DNA of 34,317 nt from Nitrospinae bacterium RIFCSPLOWO2_12_FULL_45_22 (lineage in GTDB: Bacteria; 2-12-FULL-45-22), in the NCBI GenBank assembly GCA_001803565.1, contig MHDQ01000031.1, positions 1 through 34,317 on the forward strand. Direction: 5' to 3'. Numbering within the stretch: the first letter of the stretch is position 1; each line of letters opens with the position of its first letter. The notes beneath the pieces were generated by a model. The model had not been told where the DNA came from. It saw only the letters and a list, made by a program, of their open reading frames with translations, and searched no databases. Shown one piece after another: positions 1 to 8,882 of this stretch. The translations under genes and the position numbers were made by a program.

Positions 1-31
1 AAAGTTAAAGTCTTGTGTTTTTAGCCAATTA

Positions 32-60
32 TAGGATGACAGCCTTTTTTATTCATCCTA
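32..60. terminator. Stem-loop just downstream of the last cluster gene (possible terminator or element end)
   Basis: TAGGATGA (32-39) / TCATCCTA (53-60), 18 nt after the stop at 79; no strong U-tract on the minus strand. Confidence 0.3.
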
Positions 61-78
61 AAAAGTGCAAGAGTTTAG

Positions 79-1383
79 TTATTTAGTCACTAACTTTTGA
101 TAGAGTTCCAAATATTTGTCTGATATCTGATCCAGAGAATATTTTTCTATAGCCGTTATCCGGGAATTTTTACCAATCCTTTCTGCCAGCTCTTTATCCT
201 CGGTCAACAATAATATGGATTCTATAATTTGTTGAGGGTCTTTATATCGGATCAAAAGGCCATTTTCTAAATGTTCCAAGGCATCTTTAGCTCCCCCCAC
301 AGTAGTAGCAATTATTGGTAGCCCTGTAGCCATAGCTTCTAAAAATGCGTTAGACATTCCTTCAGACTGTGATGGGAGGATAAAGATATCACTGGCATGT
401 AAGTAGGGCGAAACATCTTTGATTTCTCCCGTAAATATTACACTCTCCTTTAATCCATTATCTTCTACCATTCTTTTAAGATAAGCAGCCTGGTTATCCT
501 CACGACCTATTAATACTAATAATAGATCGGGCTTTATCTTTATCAATTCTTTCCAGGCTTCTAATAGGGTATCGAGACCTCTTTTATGTCTCAAGGAACC
601 AATAAAACAGACCATCTCTTTTATGGGTAGGGACAGTTGTCTTTTGAATTCGTTCATCTTTTGTCTATCAGCTTGAGGGAATCTATTTAAATCTATTCCG
701 TTGGAGATGGATTTCAACTTGTCAGCCGGGAAGCCCAGTTCTAAGAGTTTTTCTCTGATTTCGCTATTTATACAGATGAAAATATCAACGGAATTTCTAA
801 GCATTTTTAGATAGAGTTTATGGAGAAAATATCTTCTAAGAACCTCAAAACAAAAGGAATCTGTAAGTTTCATAATAACCTTTTTCTTAAATCTCTTAGC
901 CATCCAGACCGTTACTATGGAAAAAGGCCTCGCCATAATATGACAATGAACAATATCAATATCCCGGCCTCTAAATAGGAAGAAGAAACTGATTAGAACA
1001 GTGAGGACTAAAAATTGACAACATTCCTGGATACAAAGATATAGCTGATAAAGTTTATAATACAGCGGCTTTTTCTGAGAAGATCCATTATTAATATGAA
1101 AGTTATCAAAAAGGGATGAGTAGGCATATTCAGATAGTTTAAATTTCTGCCGAAAAAATTTGCTGAAAGGTAATTTTATGAATTCTAAAATCCTGAATTT
1201 GCGGTAAACTGGTATACCATCAATATACTCAAACCCTCGTAAGCCTTTCCAACGTCGAGTAATCACACAAACATTTATCCCTTTAGTTTTAATCTTTTGG
1301 CTGAGCTGGTGGGCTTGTCTCTCAGCCCCACCAATCAGGGGATGGAAGAATTCTATAACCATAGCTACCCTGACCTTCTTCAC
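79..1383 (-). CDS. Glycosyltransferase family 4 (GT-B fold)
   Basis: N-terminal 'FHPLIGGAERQ', 'ISNGID', 'FIGSLRHKRGLDTL' and GT4 signature 'DIFILPSQSEGMSNAFLEAMATGLPII' (E-x7-E). The ORF track runs to 1428, overlapping the upstream gene; the GTG at 1383 follows an AGGGGG RBS-like run and is the more likely start. Confidence 0.93.
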   Translation of the reverse strand: MKKVRVAMVIEFFHPLIGGAERQAHQLSQKIKTKGINVCVITRRWKGLRGFEYIDGIPVYRKFRILEFIKLPFSKFFRQKFKLSEYAYSSLFDNFHINNGSSQKKPLYYKLYQLYLCIQECCQFLVLTVLISFFFLFRGRDIDIVHCHIMARPFSIVTVWMAKRFKKKVIMKLTDSFCFEVLRRYFLHKLYLKMLRNSVDIFICINSEIREKLLELGFPADKLKSISNGIDLNRFPQADRQKMNEFKRQLSLPIKEMVCFIGSLRHKRGLDTLLEAWKELIKIKPDLLLVLIGREDNQAAYLKRMVEDNGLKESVIFTGEIKDVSPYLHASDIFILPSQSEGMSNAFLEAMATGLPIIATTVGGAKDALEHLENGLLIRYKDPQQIIESILLLTEDKELAERIGKNSRITAIEKYSLDQISDKYLELYQKLVTK

Positions 1384-1399
1384 TACAGCTTCAACCCCC

Positions 1400-2674
1400 T
1401 TATTCTTTGCGAGCAACAATGATAGCACTACTGGATAGATTTCTTAACCATGTTCGTGAGAAACTATTTTTTAGCTTCAGAAATTGATTGATCCGCTTGG
1501 GTAGAATAGTTACACCTATCTGTTCCTCGATTTTAAATCCGGTCCTTTCTAGTTCTTGGGTAATAGAGAATAAATTTAAAGGTCTTAAAGGCCCTTCATT
1601 GGTTATATATGAATCTTTCTCAAGTAAGGTATTTTTAACCAGATAGTTAATGCCCGAGGAGCTAAAAAAGTTCCAGAGACTTAATATCAACCTACCATTA
1701 TTTTTTAGTACCCTATGTATTTCATGTAGCATTTTTTGGGGATAATGAATTAAATTTAGTTTTTTAAAACAGGTTACAACATCAAAGTAATTGTCTGTAT
1801 ATAAGATTTCGCTCAGTGTCCCAAGCTGAAAATTAATTTTTACCTTCTGCAATCCTAAATAATCTTTTCTCTCCTCCAAAAAATAATAAATATCTTCAGA
1901 AACATCATGAATATATACTTCAGATAAGGCTTTTCTCTTCAGAATCTCAAGAATATGATTTCCCGAAAAGCTGAGAATGTCTAGTAACACACTATTTACC
2001 TGGATATATTTTAGAGATATCTCAATTTCCTTATAAAACTCTGCTTCGGCAGATAGATTCTCAAAAAATTCTTCAGAAGGAGAAGTTGCTCTAATACCCT
2101 TACTCCTATAGTCCAATATTGCTTCTGGGTTCCATAAGTGGAAAGAAGGAAATCTTTTTTCCTTTTTTTTTGGGTAAGAATTGAAATGAATGATCTCATT
2201 TAAAGATCGGCGCTGAGGAGGAACAGGCTGTTTTTTGGGATAACCTAAAGCCACGGCGCTAACAATAAGAAAACTTTCAGGGACATTTAGGATCTTATGC
2301 AATATCCTTCGTTCACCACACGCAGCTATCCAAACACTGCCAAGTCCTTCCTCGTAGGCCACAAGAAGCATATTCTGGATAGCCGCGGCCGCACTCTGGA
2401 TATTGGCAAAATATTCTTTGTTAATATCTTTAGGATACAGCACAAAAATCAGGAGGGGTGCGTTTTGCAAAAAAGAAACGGCCTTAGCCTCTGTTACAAT
2501 CCTTTCCTTAATCCTTTTATCCGTGACCACGATAAATTCCCACAGTTGTTTATTGCAAGCAGAAGGCGCCCACTGGGCGGCATCAATTACCCTCAAAACC
2601 TTCTCCGTCTCTACCTCAACTTTTTCCTGAAAAGTCCTTATACTACGTCGAGATTTAATAGTATCCGTTATCAT
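1400..2674 (-). CDS. Nitroreductase-family domain fused to a class I SAM-methyltransferase-like domain
   Basis: N-half has nitroreductase motifs 'SRRSIRTF', 'APSACNKQLWEF', 'AAIQNMLLVAYEEGLGSVW', 'LGYP'. C-half has 'FDVVTC', 'EIHRVLKNNGRLIL', 'GFKIE' and ends 'IIVARK', all typical of Methyltransf_11-like domains. Confidence 0.88.
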   Translation of the reverse strand: MITDTIKSRRSIRTFQEKVEVETEKVLRVIDAAQWAPSACNKQLWEFIVVTDKRIKERIVTEAKAVSFLQNAPLLIFVLYPKDINKEYFANIQSAAAAIQNMLLVAYEEGLGSVWIAACGERRILHKILNVPESFLIVSAVALGYPKKQPVPPQRRSLNEIIHFNSYPKKKEKRFPSFHLWNPEAILDYRSKGIRATSPSEEFFENLSAEAEFYKEIEISLKYIQVNSVLLDILSFSGNHILEILKRKALSEVYIHDVSEDIYYFLEERKDYLGLQKVKINFQLGTLSEILYTDNYFDVVTCFKKLNLIHYPQKMLHEIHRVLKNNGRLILSLWNFFSSSGINYLVKNTLLEKDSYITNEGPLRPLNLFSITQELERTGFKIEEQIGVTILPKRINQFLKLKNSFSRTWLRNLSSSAIIVARKE

Positions 2675-2677
2675 TCT

Positions 2678-4039
2678 TTACCTGTCTCTTAACAGATTCA
2701 TAAATACGGGATCAGCATATATCCTTCTTTCTTCTAAAAATAGTAAAATCAATTTAAGAAACAGGCTGCAATACCTGGATTCAATGATATTTTCTGTAAC
2801 CTCACCCGTGTAAATATTTACCCGGTTTACATATCCACGAGCTGTATGATGATATTTGATTTGGCCATTAAAAATCTTTATCGCAGCCTCTTTATAAATC
2901 TCTTTGCCCGTTAGTTCATATAATTTCATCAGACTAATGGCAAAATCTGTTTCATCATCAAAATAGCTCTCCTCTGGTGTTTCGGTTGTAGGAAGCAACC
3001 CGGTCTCCTTTGATTGCCTGGACAGATAAAACTCAGCAATCCTTTCAGCAGTCTTTATATACCTTCCATCGCCGGTAGACCAGGTATAATCACAGCAAAA
3101 ATCTACAACAGCATAAGACTTAGAAGTTAGCGGCCCCCGAACAAACCGATCAGGGCTTTCAATTATTGTCCACTGATAAACCCCTCCATTTTCATCAATA
3201 AAATATTTGGTCACTCCATCAAACCAGTTTATCAAGGCATGGTTGAGTGGGGGTTCATGAGAAAGACTAAATAAGGCCAAAACCGCAGCCGCCATGCAAT
3301 AATTATCTTTAGTAAGATAGGCTGTCCTATGCGGATTCTTATTCCCTGACCAGTTTTTGGGTATTAGTTTGCTGGCAAAGATCTGGCTAGGAAAAAGCCC
3401 GGTTTCCCGGAAAAATTCTGAATCTAACCAAGGGTTTAATAATTGATTGGCCTTATCTAGATATTTCCTATGACCCGTTAGCCGATAAAGATCAATCAAC
3501 TGCTCAATAAATATCCCATTGGTGGGTTTAGCCACGGGGAGTTTATATTTTACTCTGGGGTAATAAACACAAGCTAGGTTATTTTTGGTAAAAAACAATG
3601 CATAGATCTTATCTATCATAAAATCAATAAAATCTAATAATCCTTGATCCCTTTTAATCTCATAACATTCAATTAAGCCTAATAAAAGGTCAGAGTATTC
3701 GAAGCTCAGAGTGGAGTATCCCAGGATGAGGCGCCTTAAGCGATGCTTTAGAGTAACCCCAGGCACCTCCCCCAATTCATAAAGGATGATATTCCCTTTT
3801 TCAAAAAAATCCTGCGCCAAATTAATGTGCCTTTCCACATAATCACCCTTACCACACCAGAGAAAAAAGGGGAGATAATCACCTAAGTCTGTCAAGATGT
3901 TCTGCGAAGAAAGGGGTTTACCGGTTAGGGCATCGATTTTAAAGAAAGGGAAACCCTCAGTGCTTGAATAGTCATGCTCAAACCAATTAATTATCTCATC
4001 TCTGCATTGAACCAGTAAGGGCTTATCTATTCCATCCAT
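2678..4039 (-). CDS. Uncharacterised six-hairpin (alpha/alpha)6-barrel protein (AGE-epimerase / glycosidase-like superfamily)
   Basis: Recurrent helix-hairpin motif: 'LYRLTGHRKYLDKA', 'YTWSTGDGRYIKTA', 'LYELTGKEIYKEAA'. No signal peptide or TM segment evident. Exact family not assignable by eye. Confidence 0.65.
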   Translation of the reverse strand: MDGIDKPLLVQCRDEIINWFEHDYSSTEGFPFFKIDALTGKPLSSQNILTDLGDYLPFFLWCGKGDYVERHINLAQDFFEKGNIILYELGEVPGVTLKHRLRRLILGYSTLSFEYSDLLLGLIECYEIKRDQGLLDFIDFMIDKIYALFFTKNNLACVYYPRVKYKLPVAKPTNGIFIEQLIDLYRLTGHRKYLDKANQLLNPWLDSEFFRETGLFPSQIFASKLIPKNWSGNKNPHRTAYLTKDNYCMAAAVLALFSLSHEPPLNHALINWFDGVTKYFIDENGGVYQWTIIESPDRFVRGPLTSKSYAVVDFCCDYTWSTGDGRYIKTAERIAEFYLSRQSKETGLLPTTETPEESYFDDETDFAISLMKLYELTGKEIYKEAAIKIFNGQIKYHHTARGYVNRVNIYTGEVTENIIESRYCSLFLKLILLFLEERRIYADPVFMNLLRDR

Positions 4040-4042
4040 AAG

Positions 4043-5605
4043 TTAGGCATTTGTACTTAAAGATTTAGAGAAAGAAAGCAGTCTTTTTTTTACAAAGTTA
4101 GATATAGTATTTTTGAATATCCTCCGAAGGAATTTAGAATGAATTATTCTAGTGAGTAACACTATAAAGATTAATGATAAATAAAACCTCGCTAATTTAC
4201 TCTTTCTTTTCTGAACTAAAAAATCTATAAAATTAGTAGGTATAATGCCTATTATATTGTCTACAGCATAACCACGCATACAATAAATCAAGGTATTTAA
4301 ATATAGGTTATGCCTTTTTAAGAATAAGTGCCTGAGGTCATCATAATAATCTAGATTGGAACCTGAATCCTTTATCCCTTGAATTATCTTATCTTTTAAG
4401 GCGCGATTATATAGTTCTGTGCCCGGGAAAAAAACCAGATTAAATATCTCCAAAAAAAAGGGCTTAGGTATTTTTCTAATCAATTGGATAGTCTCTATTA
4501 GATCGTTATCGGTTTCATAAGGATTGGATATTATGAATTGATAGAAAGGTAAATCCATTTCACCATGGTATTTATTTAATATGGACGTTGCTTTTATTAC
4601 CACCTCAGTAGACTGCAAGCGTTTATATACATTTCTATTGAAAGATTCACTGCCGGTTTGTATACCCATAATGATTCTATTTAATTTGGCCTTTAATAAT
4701 AATTCGAGCTTATCTTCCTGAACATCTCCTGGATGAACGTTACACTGGAAGGGCATGTCAATTTTATCTCTATATTCCTCAACGAACATTTCCAATTCTT
4801 CCATATCTCTTAAAAAGAATGAATCATCGCTTATCCACAACTGACGTGCGAACGGGAATTTATCTTTTAATTCTATTATCTCTTTTAGCACCAGGCTCAG
4901 GTTTCTTTTTCTAATGATCTTACCTTCATTTTTATACAAATCATTTAAAAACCGGTTAGCACAAAAAGCACAACTATAGGGGCAGCCTCGTGCAGTAATA
5001 ATTAATATCGAACCAGTATATATTTGATCAGGATTATTTCTAAAATACTCTTTTCCCTCGAAAAATCTTTCGTTTTTAAGAATAATTTGGGTATCCAGGT
5101 CATAATCAGCAAAGGGATAATTATCTAAATTCCCTGTTAAAGGTCGAAGGCTATTTCTAATTACTTTCCCGTTGGTCCTGAACCAAAAATTCTGGGTATC
5201 TAAATAATCCTTGGAGCTACTCATCTTTTCCACAAGTTCTAAAACAGCTTCTTCTCCTTCACCAAGGCACACCATATCAGCATATTTTAAGCAATCTTCA
5301 GGACAGATAGTCGCATGCACTCCTCCCCAGATTATAGGTTTAGCAATATATTGTTTTATATATTTGATAATCTGGATCCCGCGTTGATAGGAAAATGCCA
5401 TAGAAGATATACCTATTAGATCTGAATCTTTAACCAAAGAAAACAAATCTTTGAGGACGCTCTTAGGGTAATTCTTAAAATTTGTTTCCTCGGTAGGCAT
5501 AAAAACCAGTTGCGTACTATGGCCTTTTGATTTCAGGTAAGAAGAAATCGATCTCATGCCATGACTAATGATGGTATTATCGATAGAGATTAATGTTATT
5601 TTCAT
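4043..5605 (-). CDS. Cobalamin-binding radical SAM protein
   Basis: B12-binding domain ('IGISSM', 'WGGVHAT', 'GEGE'), CxxxCxxC 'RGCPYSCAFC', 'DDSF', 'GIQTGS', 'FPGTELY'. The track start at 5632 lies inside an inverted repeat, so ATG 5605 (MKITLI) is preferred. Confidence 0.92.
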   Translation of the reverse strand: MKITLISIDNTIISHGMRSISSYLKSKGHSTQLVFMPTEETNFKNYPKSVLKDLFSLVKDSDLIGISSMAFSYQRGIQIIKYIKQYIAKPIIWGGVHATICPEDCLKYADMVCLGEGEEAVLELVEKMSSSKDYLDTQNFWFRTNGKVIRNSLRPLTGNLDNYPFADYDLDTQIILKNERFFEGKEYFRNNPDQIYTGSILIITARGCPYSCAFCANRFLNDLYKNEGKIIRKRNLSLVLKEIIELKDKFPFARQLWISDDSFFLRDMEELEMFVEEYRDKIDMPFQCNVHPGDVQEDKLELLLKAKLNRIIMGIQTGSESFNRNVYKRLQSTEVVIKATSILNKYHGEMDLPFYQFIISNPYETDNDLIETIQLIRKIPKPFFLEIFNLVFFPGTELYNRALKDKIIQGIKDSGSNLDYYDDLRHLFLKRHNLYLNTLIYCMRGYAVDNIIGIIPTNFIDFLVQKRKSKLARFYLSLIFIVLLTRIIHSKFLRRIFKNTISNFVKKRLLSFSKSLSTNA

Positions 5606-5625
5606 CCTAGTTCCCCGAATATCTT

Positions 5626-5792
5626 TAACCATTCACCGCAGAGCACGCAGAGAAAACATAGAAAAATTACTCTTGAAACTTATGTACTAATTGTCTGATA
5701 CCATCCTTGGGCACTGTGACATTGAAGTTGATTAATAAGCCCACATTATGTCCCATCTCAGCGTTTTCTGCGCTCTTCGCGTTGAACGGTTA
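5626..5792. repeat. Imperfect ~35-bp inverted repeat pair flanking the GxxExxY remnant
   Basis: Left arm TAACCATTCACCGCAGAGCACGCAGAGAAAACATAG (5626-5661). Reverse complement of right arm (5757-5792) is TAACCGTTCAACGCGAAGAGCGCAGAAAACGCTGAG. CGCAGAG-like sub-repeats are present. Confidence 0.8.
5667..5756 (-). pseudogene. Remnant of a GxxExxY-family (PD-(D/E)XK nuclease-like) gene, C-terminal 29 aa only
   Basis: Hand translation MGHNVGLLINFNVTVPKDGIRQLVHKFQE* matches the characteristic GxxExxY C-terminus GLLINFNV..LKDGI.R.V and is bracketed by inverted repeats. Confidence 0.8.
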
Positions 5793-5804
5793 TTAAAATC
5801 TTTA

Positions 5805-7307
5805 TCAAAATCGGAAAATAGGGATCCCGATCATTTTATTAAAAATATCCCGATCTCTTCGCTCAAAAGTCTTATGGAGATAGCTAACGGAAAAATAACT
5901 TAAAATCCCTACCAAAATAACCAGGATTAAGCTGTATACATCTACAATATATTGCCTGGCGAAGAGGAGAACCATCACCATAATACCACTGTTTATAGCC
6001 ATTTTGAGGAAAGTACCCCAGGGAAATTTTATATCGATATATCTTTTAGTCAGTATAAATTGCAAGACGGCCTTAAAGACCAATGAAGACCCGGTAGCAA
6101 AAGCCACACCCGCAATCCCAAAGTATCTGACTAAAATTATATCCATTATCAGATTATATAAGATGAAGACCCTGCTATATAGCCCGATTTGGGGTTTCTC
6201 CAAAATTTGCCAGATGAGGCCAACAGAAAAGGCAATGGCATTAATCCCATAGACTATCATGAACATAATAAAAATTGGTAAAGTTTCTCTATACTTAGGT
6301 ACTATATAGGTTATCATTTCACTACCGAGGAATACTACTCCTGCAGTCAAAGGGAATAGAAAAAAGGCTATAAATTTATTTAATAATTGGAACATATAAC
6401 ATAATTCTGCCTGGTCATTATTCTGGGTGTATCTTCTGATAAAAATGGGAGTTATTACTGAGTCGGCGACCTTTGCCGGAGTCCAATTAATAATGCGAAA
6501 GGACATTAGGGCAGCAAAAGAATAAAGCCCCACCGCCTTGGGACCCAAAAAATTACTTATTATATAAATATCAATAGGTATCTCATAGCCCATATAGCTT
6601 AGTTCATTAAAATAGCTTAACAAACCATATTTGAAGACTCTTTGGATAGAATCTCCTTTTTTTGACTGACTGGGTAATAGAAACACATAGGCGCGAATGA
6701 CTAATAAATATAGAACAAATGTAATCAAATTAACCAAAAGGGCCGCCCATATCAACCCTTTAAGCCCATAACCCTGTCGCAGCGCAAAGTAATATAGCCC
6801 TCCCTGGAGTATAGAGTATATAAACAACATGAGGTTTTCATATCCTTGAAGAAGAAGAGAGTTTAAAATATATCTTAAGCTTCTAATCTGGATGGCAAGG
6901 ATAATAACAAAGAGAAAAATAGAGAAGTAATCTATTATTGGAGGGGCCTTTAAAAAAAGGGCAATAGGGCTAATACAAAACCAGATCAAAACTACGCAGA
7001 TGGTGAAAGCTACAGTTTGACATAATAGGCCATAAAAAATAAGTTTTTTGAGGATAGTATAATCTTTATTTTGATAATACTCCGGAACATACCGTTCTAT
7101 AACAGAGGGTATTCCAAAAGAGACGAACATGGAAATTAATGTTAAAGCAGCAAATAACAAATTATAAATCCCATACTCCTCAACCACCAATCTATTTAAA
7201 ATATAAATGGCAATGAAAAGAGAAACTATGGCAGAGATACTTCTCCCCACATAATTAAAAATAGTATTTCTAAATCCGTGATTGTATAAATCTTCCTGTG
7301 CAAACAC
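5805..7307 (-). CDS. wzx: Oligosaccharide flippase (Wzx / MOP superfamily)
   Basis: 500 aa with roughly 12-14 hydrophobic segments; 'NTIFNYVGR', 'EEYGIY', 'FGIPSVIERYV', 'FLGPKAVGLYS', 'FGIAGVAFAT'. Confidence 0.9.
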   Translation of the reverse strand: MFAQEDLYNHGFRNTIFNYVGRSISAIVSLFIAIYILNRLVVEEYGIYNLLFAALTLISMFVSFGIPSVIERYVPEYYQNKDYTILKKLIFYGLLCQTVAFTICVVLIWFCISPIALFLKAPPIIDYFSIFLFVIILAIQIRSLRYILNSLLLQGYENLMLFIYSILQGGLYYFALRQGYGLKGLIWAALLVNLITFVLYLLVIRAYVFLLPSQSKKGDSIQRVFKYGLLSYFNELSYMGYEIPIDIYIISNFLGPKAVGLYSFAALMSFRIINWTPAKVADSVITPIFIRRYTQNNDQAELCYMFQLLNKFIAFFLFPLTAGVVFLGSEMITYIVPKYRETLPIFIMFMIVYGINAIAFSVGLIWQILEKPQIGLYSRVFILYNLIMDIILVRYFGIAGVAFATGSSLVFKAVLQFILTKRYIDIKFPWGTFLKMAINSGIMVMVLLFARQYIVDVYSLILVILVGILSYFSVSYLHKTFERRDRDIFNKMIGIPIFRF

Positions 7308-7331
7308 TATATTTATTAGATACTCCTCTAT

Positions 7332-8861
7332 TTACTTTAGGCTTAACATCCTCTCCTTAATTTGGGACAATACACCTGCTATTTTAACCTCAAACAGAAA
7401 ACTCCAAAGATTCAATTTTTTCCGCGATTCAAAAATAGCTTTCAACCACCACGATCTTAGGGGAAGTTCTCTATAACTCCTTAATATACCCTTCTTAAAG
7501 GCAAAATTTATATAGAAATAAAACTTCGGTTTCTTTAACCAGGGAAACCTATTCAGGCCTAAATATCCACTGGTGTCTTCAAGATCATTATTCGCCCACT
7601 CTCTCAAGGAATCGGGTGGTGTAAACCCTTTATTTATGCATTCCTGGTAGAGGGCTGATCCGGGATAAGGGCGAAATATTTGCGGGCCTAAGATAAAGTC
7701 CTTGGGATTAAACCTCACTAATTTCCCAATAAAGTTTAAGGTTTTCAAGGTATCTTCTGGTTCTTCCCCAGGCAAACCCATCATAAAAGAGTACGCAATA
7801 ATTATGCCATATCTTTTGCATAGAGTAGCCGCATGTCGGACCTGGTTGAGATTAATACCTTTTTTTAAGAGATTTATGATCTTTTCTGAACCAGATTCCA
7901 CACCAATGCTTATCCTTGCACATCCTAAGTTGGCCATTCTCTGGACAAGCGTCTCCGATAAGTAACCTTCATGGAAAAAATCGGCCCGCGCAGTACAGTA
8001 CCAGGTAATTTTGTATCTCCTCTCCTCCAGCCCATCTAAAAATCTAATAAATCTTTTCTTATCCAGGAGAAAATTATCATCCCTAAATACGATATGCCTT
8101 ACCTGATACTTGTTTATAACCATATCAATTTCGTCCAATATCCTATCAGCGGTCTTCCCCCTATACCTCTTAAGAGATTGAGCAAGACTGTTATTTATAC
8201 AAAAAGTACAGTCATAAGGACAACCAACACCAGTATGTAGTATGATACTCTTTTGTTGCTCCCCAAAAAAAAACCTGGTACCGCCAAAATCCCTTGTCAG
8301 ATAACTATCCATGGGTAATAAATCAAAGTAAGGGAAGGGGAATTTATTTATATCCGCCAATTCATTCTGAAGATTTAAAAGGAATTTCCCATCTTTCTTA
8401 TACCCCAACCCGGGTAATGAGGGGATTTGATGGCTTTGTCTAAGAGATTTGGTCAATTCCAGGCAGCTATACTCCCCTTCACCTATTACTACTAAATCCG
8501 CTAACGGATCACTGCAGGTCTGTTGGGGGAATAGAGTTGCATGGATACCTCCCCAGACTAAAAGGGTATTTGGCGACATTTTCCTGATATATTCCGCAAT
8601 ATCTATTCCCGAACTAACCTGGGAAGTCATGGCTGATATTCCTGCATATAGGGGCTTTTTAAGCAAATAATTCTCAATATCTTTCAAATAATCTTCACTA
8701 ATCGAAGCATCAATGATCTTCACCTCAAAACCTTCCTCATGCAGGACTGTGCCTATAGATAATAATCCTAAAGGAGGGGATATCTCATGAAAATTCCTTT
8801 GATAATCCCATCCCTTGAACAGCTTTGGTGCAATTAATAGGATCTTATTATTGCTACTCAT
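7332..8861 (-). CDS. Cobalamin-binding radical SAM protein
   Basis: 'PPLGLLSI', 'GISAMT', 'WGGIHAT', 'GEGE', CxxxCxxC 'GCPYDCTFC', 'DDNF', 'GVESGS', 'MGLPGE', 'PYPGSALY'. Confidence 0.93.
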   Translation of the reverse strand: MSSNNKILLIAPKLFKGWDYQRNFHEISPPLGLLSIGTVLHEEGFEVKIIDASISEDYLKDIENYLLKKPLYAGISAMTSQVSSGIDIAEYIRKMSPNTLLVWGGIHATLFPQQTCSDPLADLVVIGEGEYSCLELTKSLRQSHQIPSLPGLGYKKDGKFLLNLQNELADINKFPFPYFDLLPMDSYLTRDFGGTRFFFGEQQKSIILHTGVGCPYDCTFCINNSLAQSLKRYRGKTADRILDEIDMVINKYQVRHIVFRDDNFLLDKKRFIRFLDGLEERRYKITWYCTARADFFHEGYLSETLVQRMANLGCARISIGVESGSEKIINLLKKGINLNQVRHAATLCKRYGIIIAYSFMMGLPGEEPEDTLKTLNFIGKLVRFNPKDFILGPQIFRPYPGSALYQECINKGFTPPDSLREWANNDLEDTSGYLGLNRFPWLKKPKFYFYINFAFKKGILRSYRELPLRSWWLKAIFESRKKLNLWSFLFEVKIAGVLSQIKERMLSLK

Positions 8862-8882
8862 CAGAACATCCTTAAATTCTAT

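Noticed and set aside
5626-5792. CRISPR array or tRNA
   Set aside because: Only one inverted pair with short internal sub-repeats; no repeat-spacer periodicity or cloverleaf.
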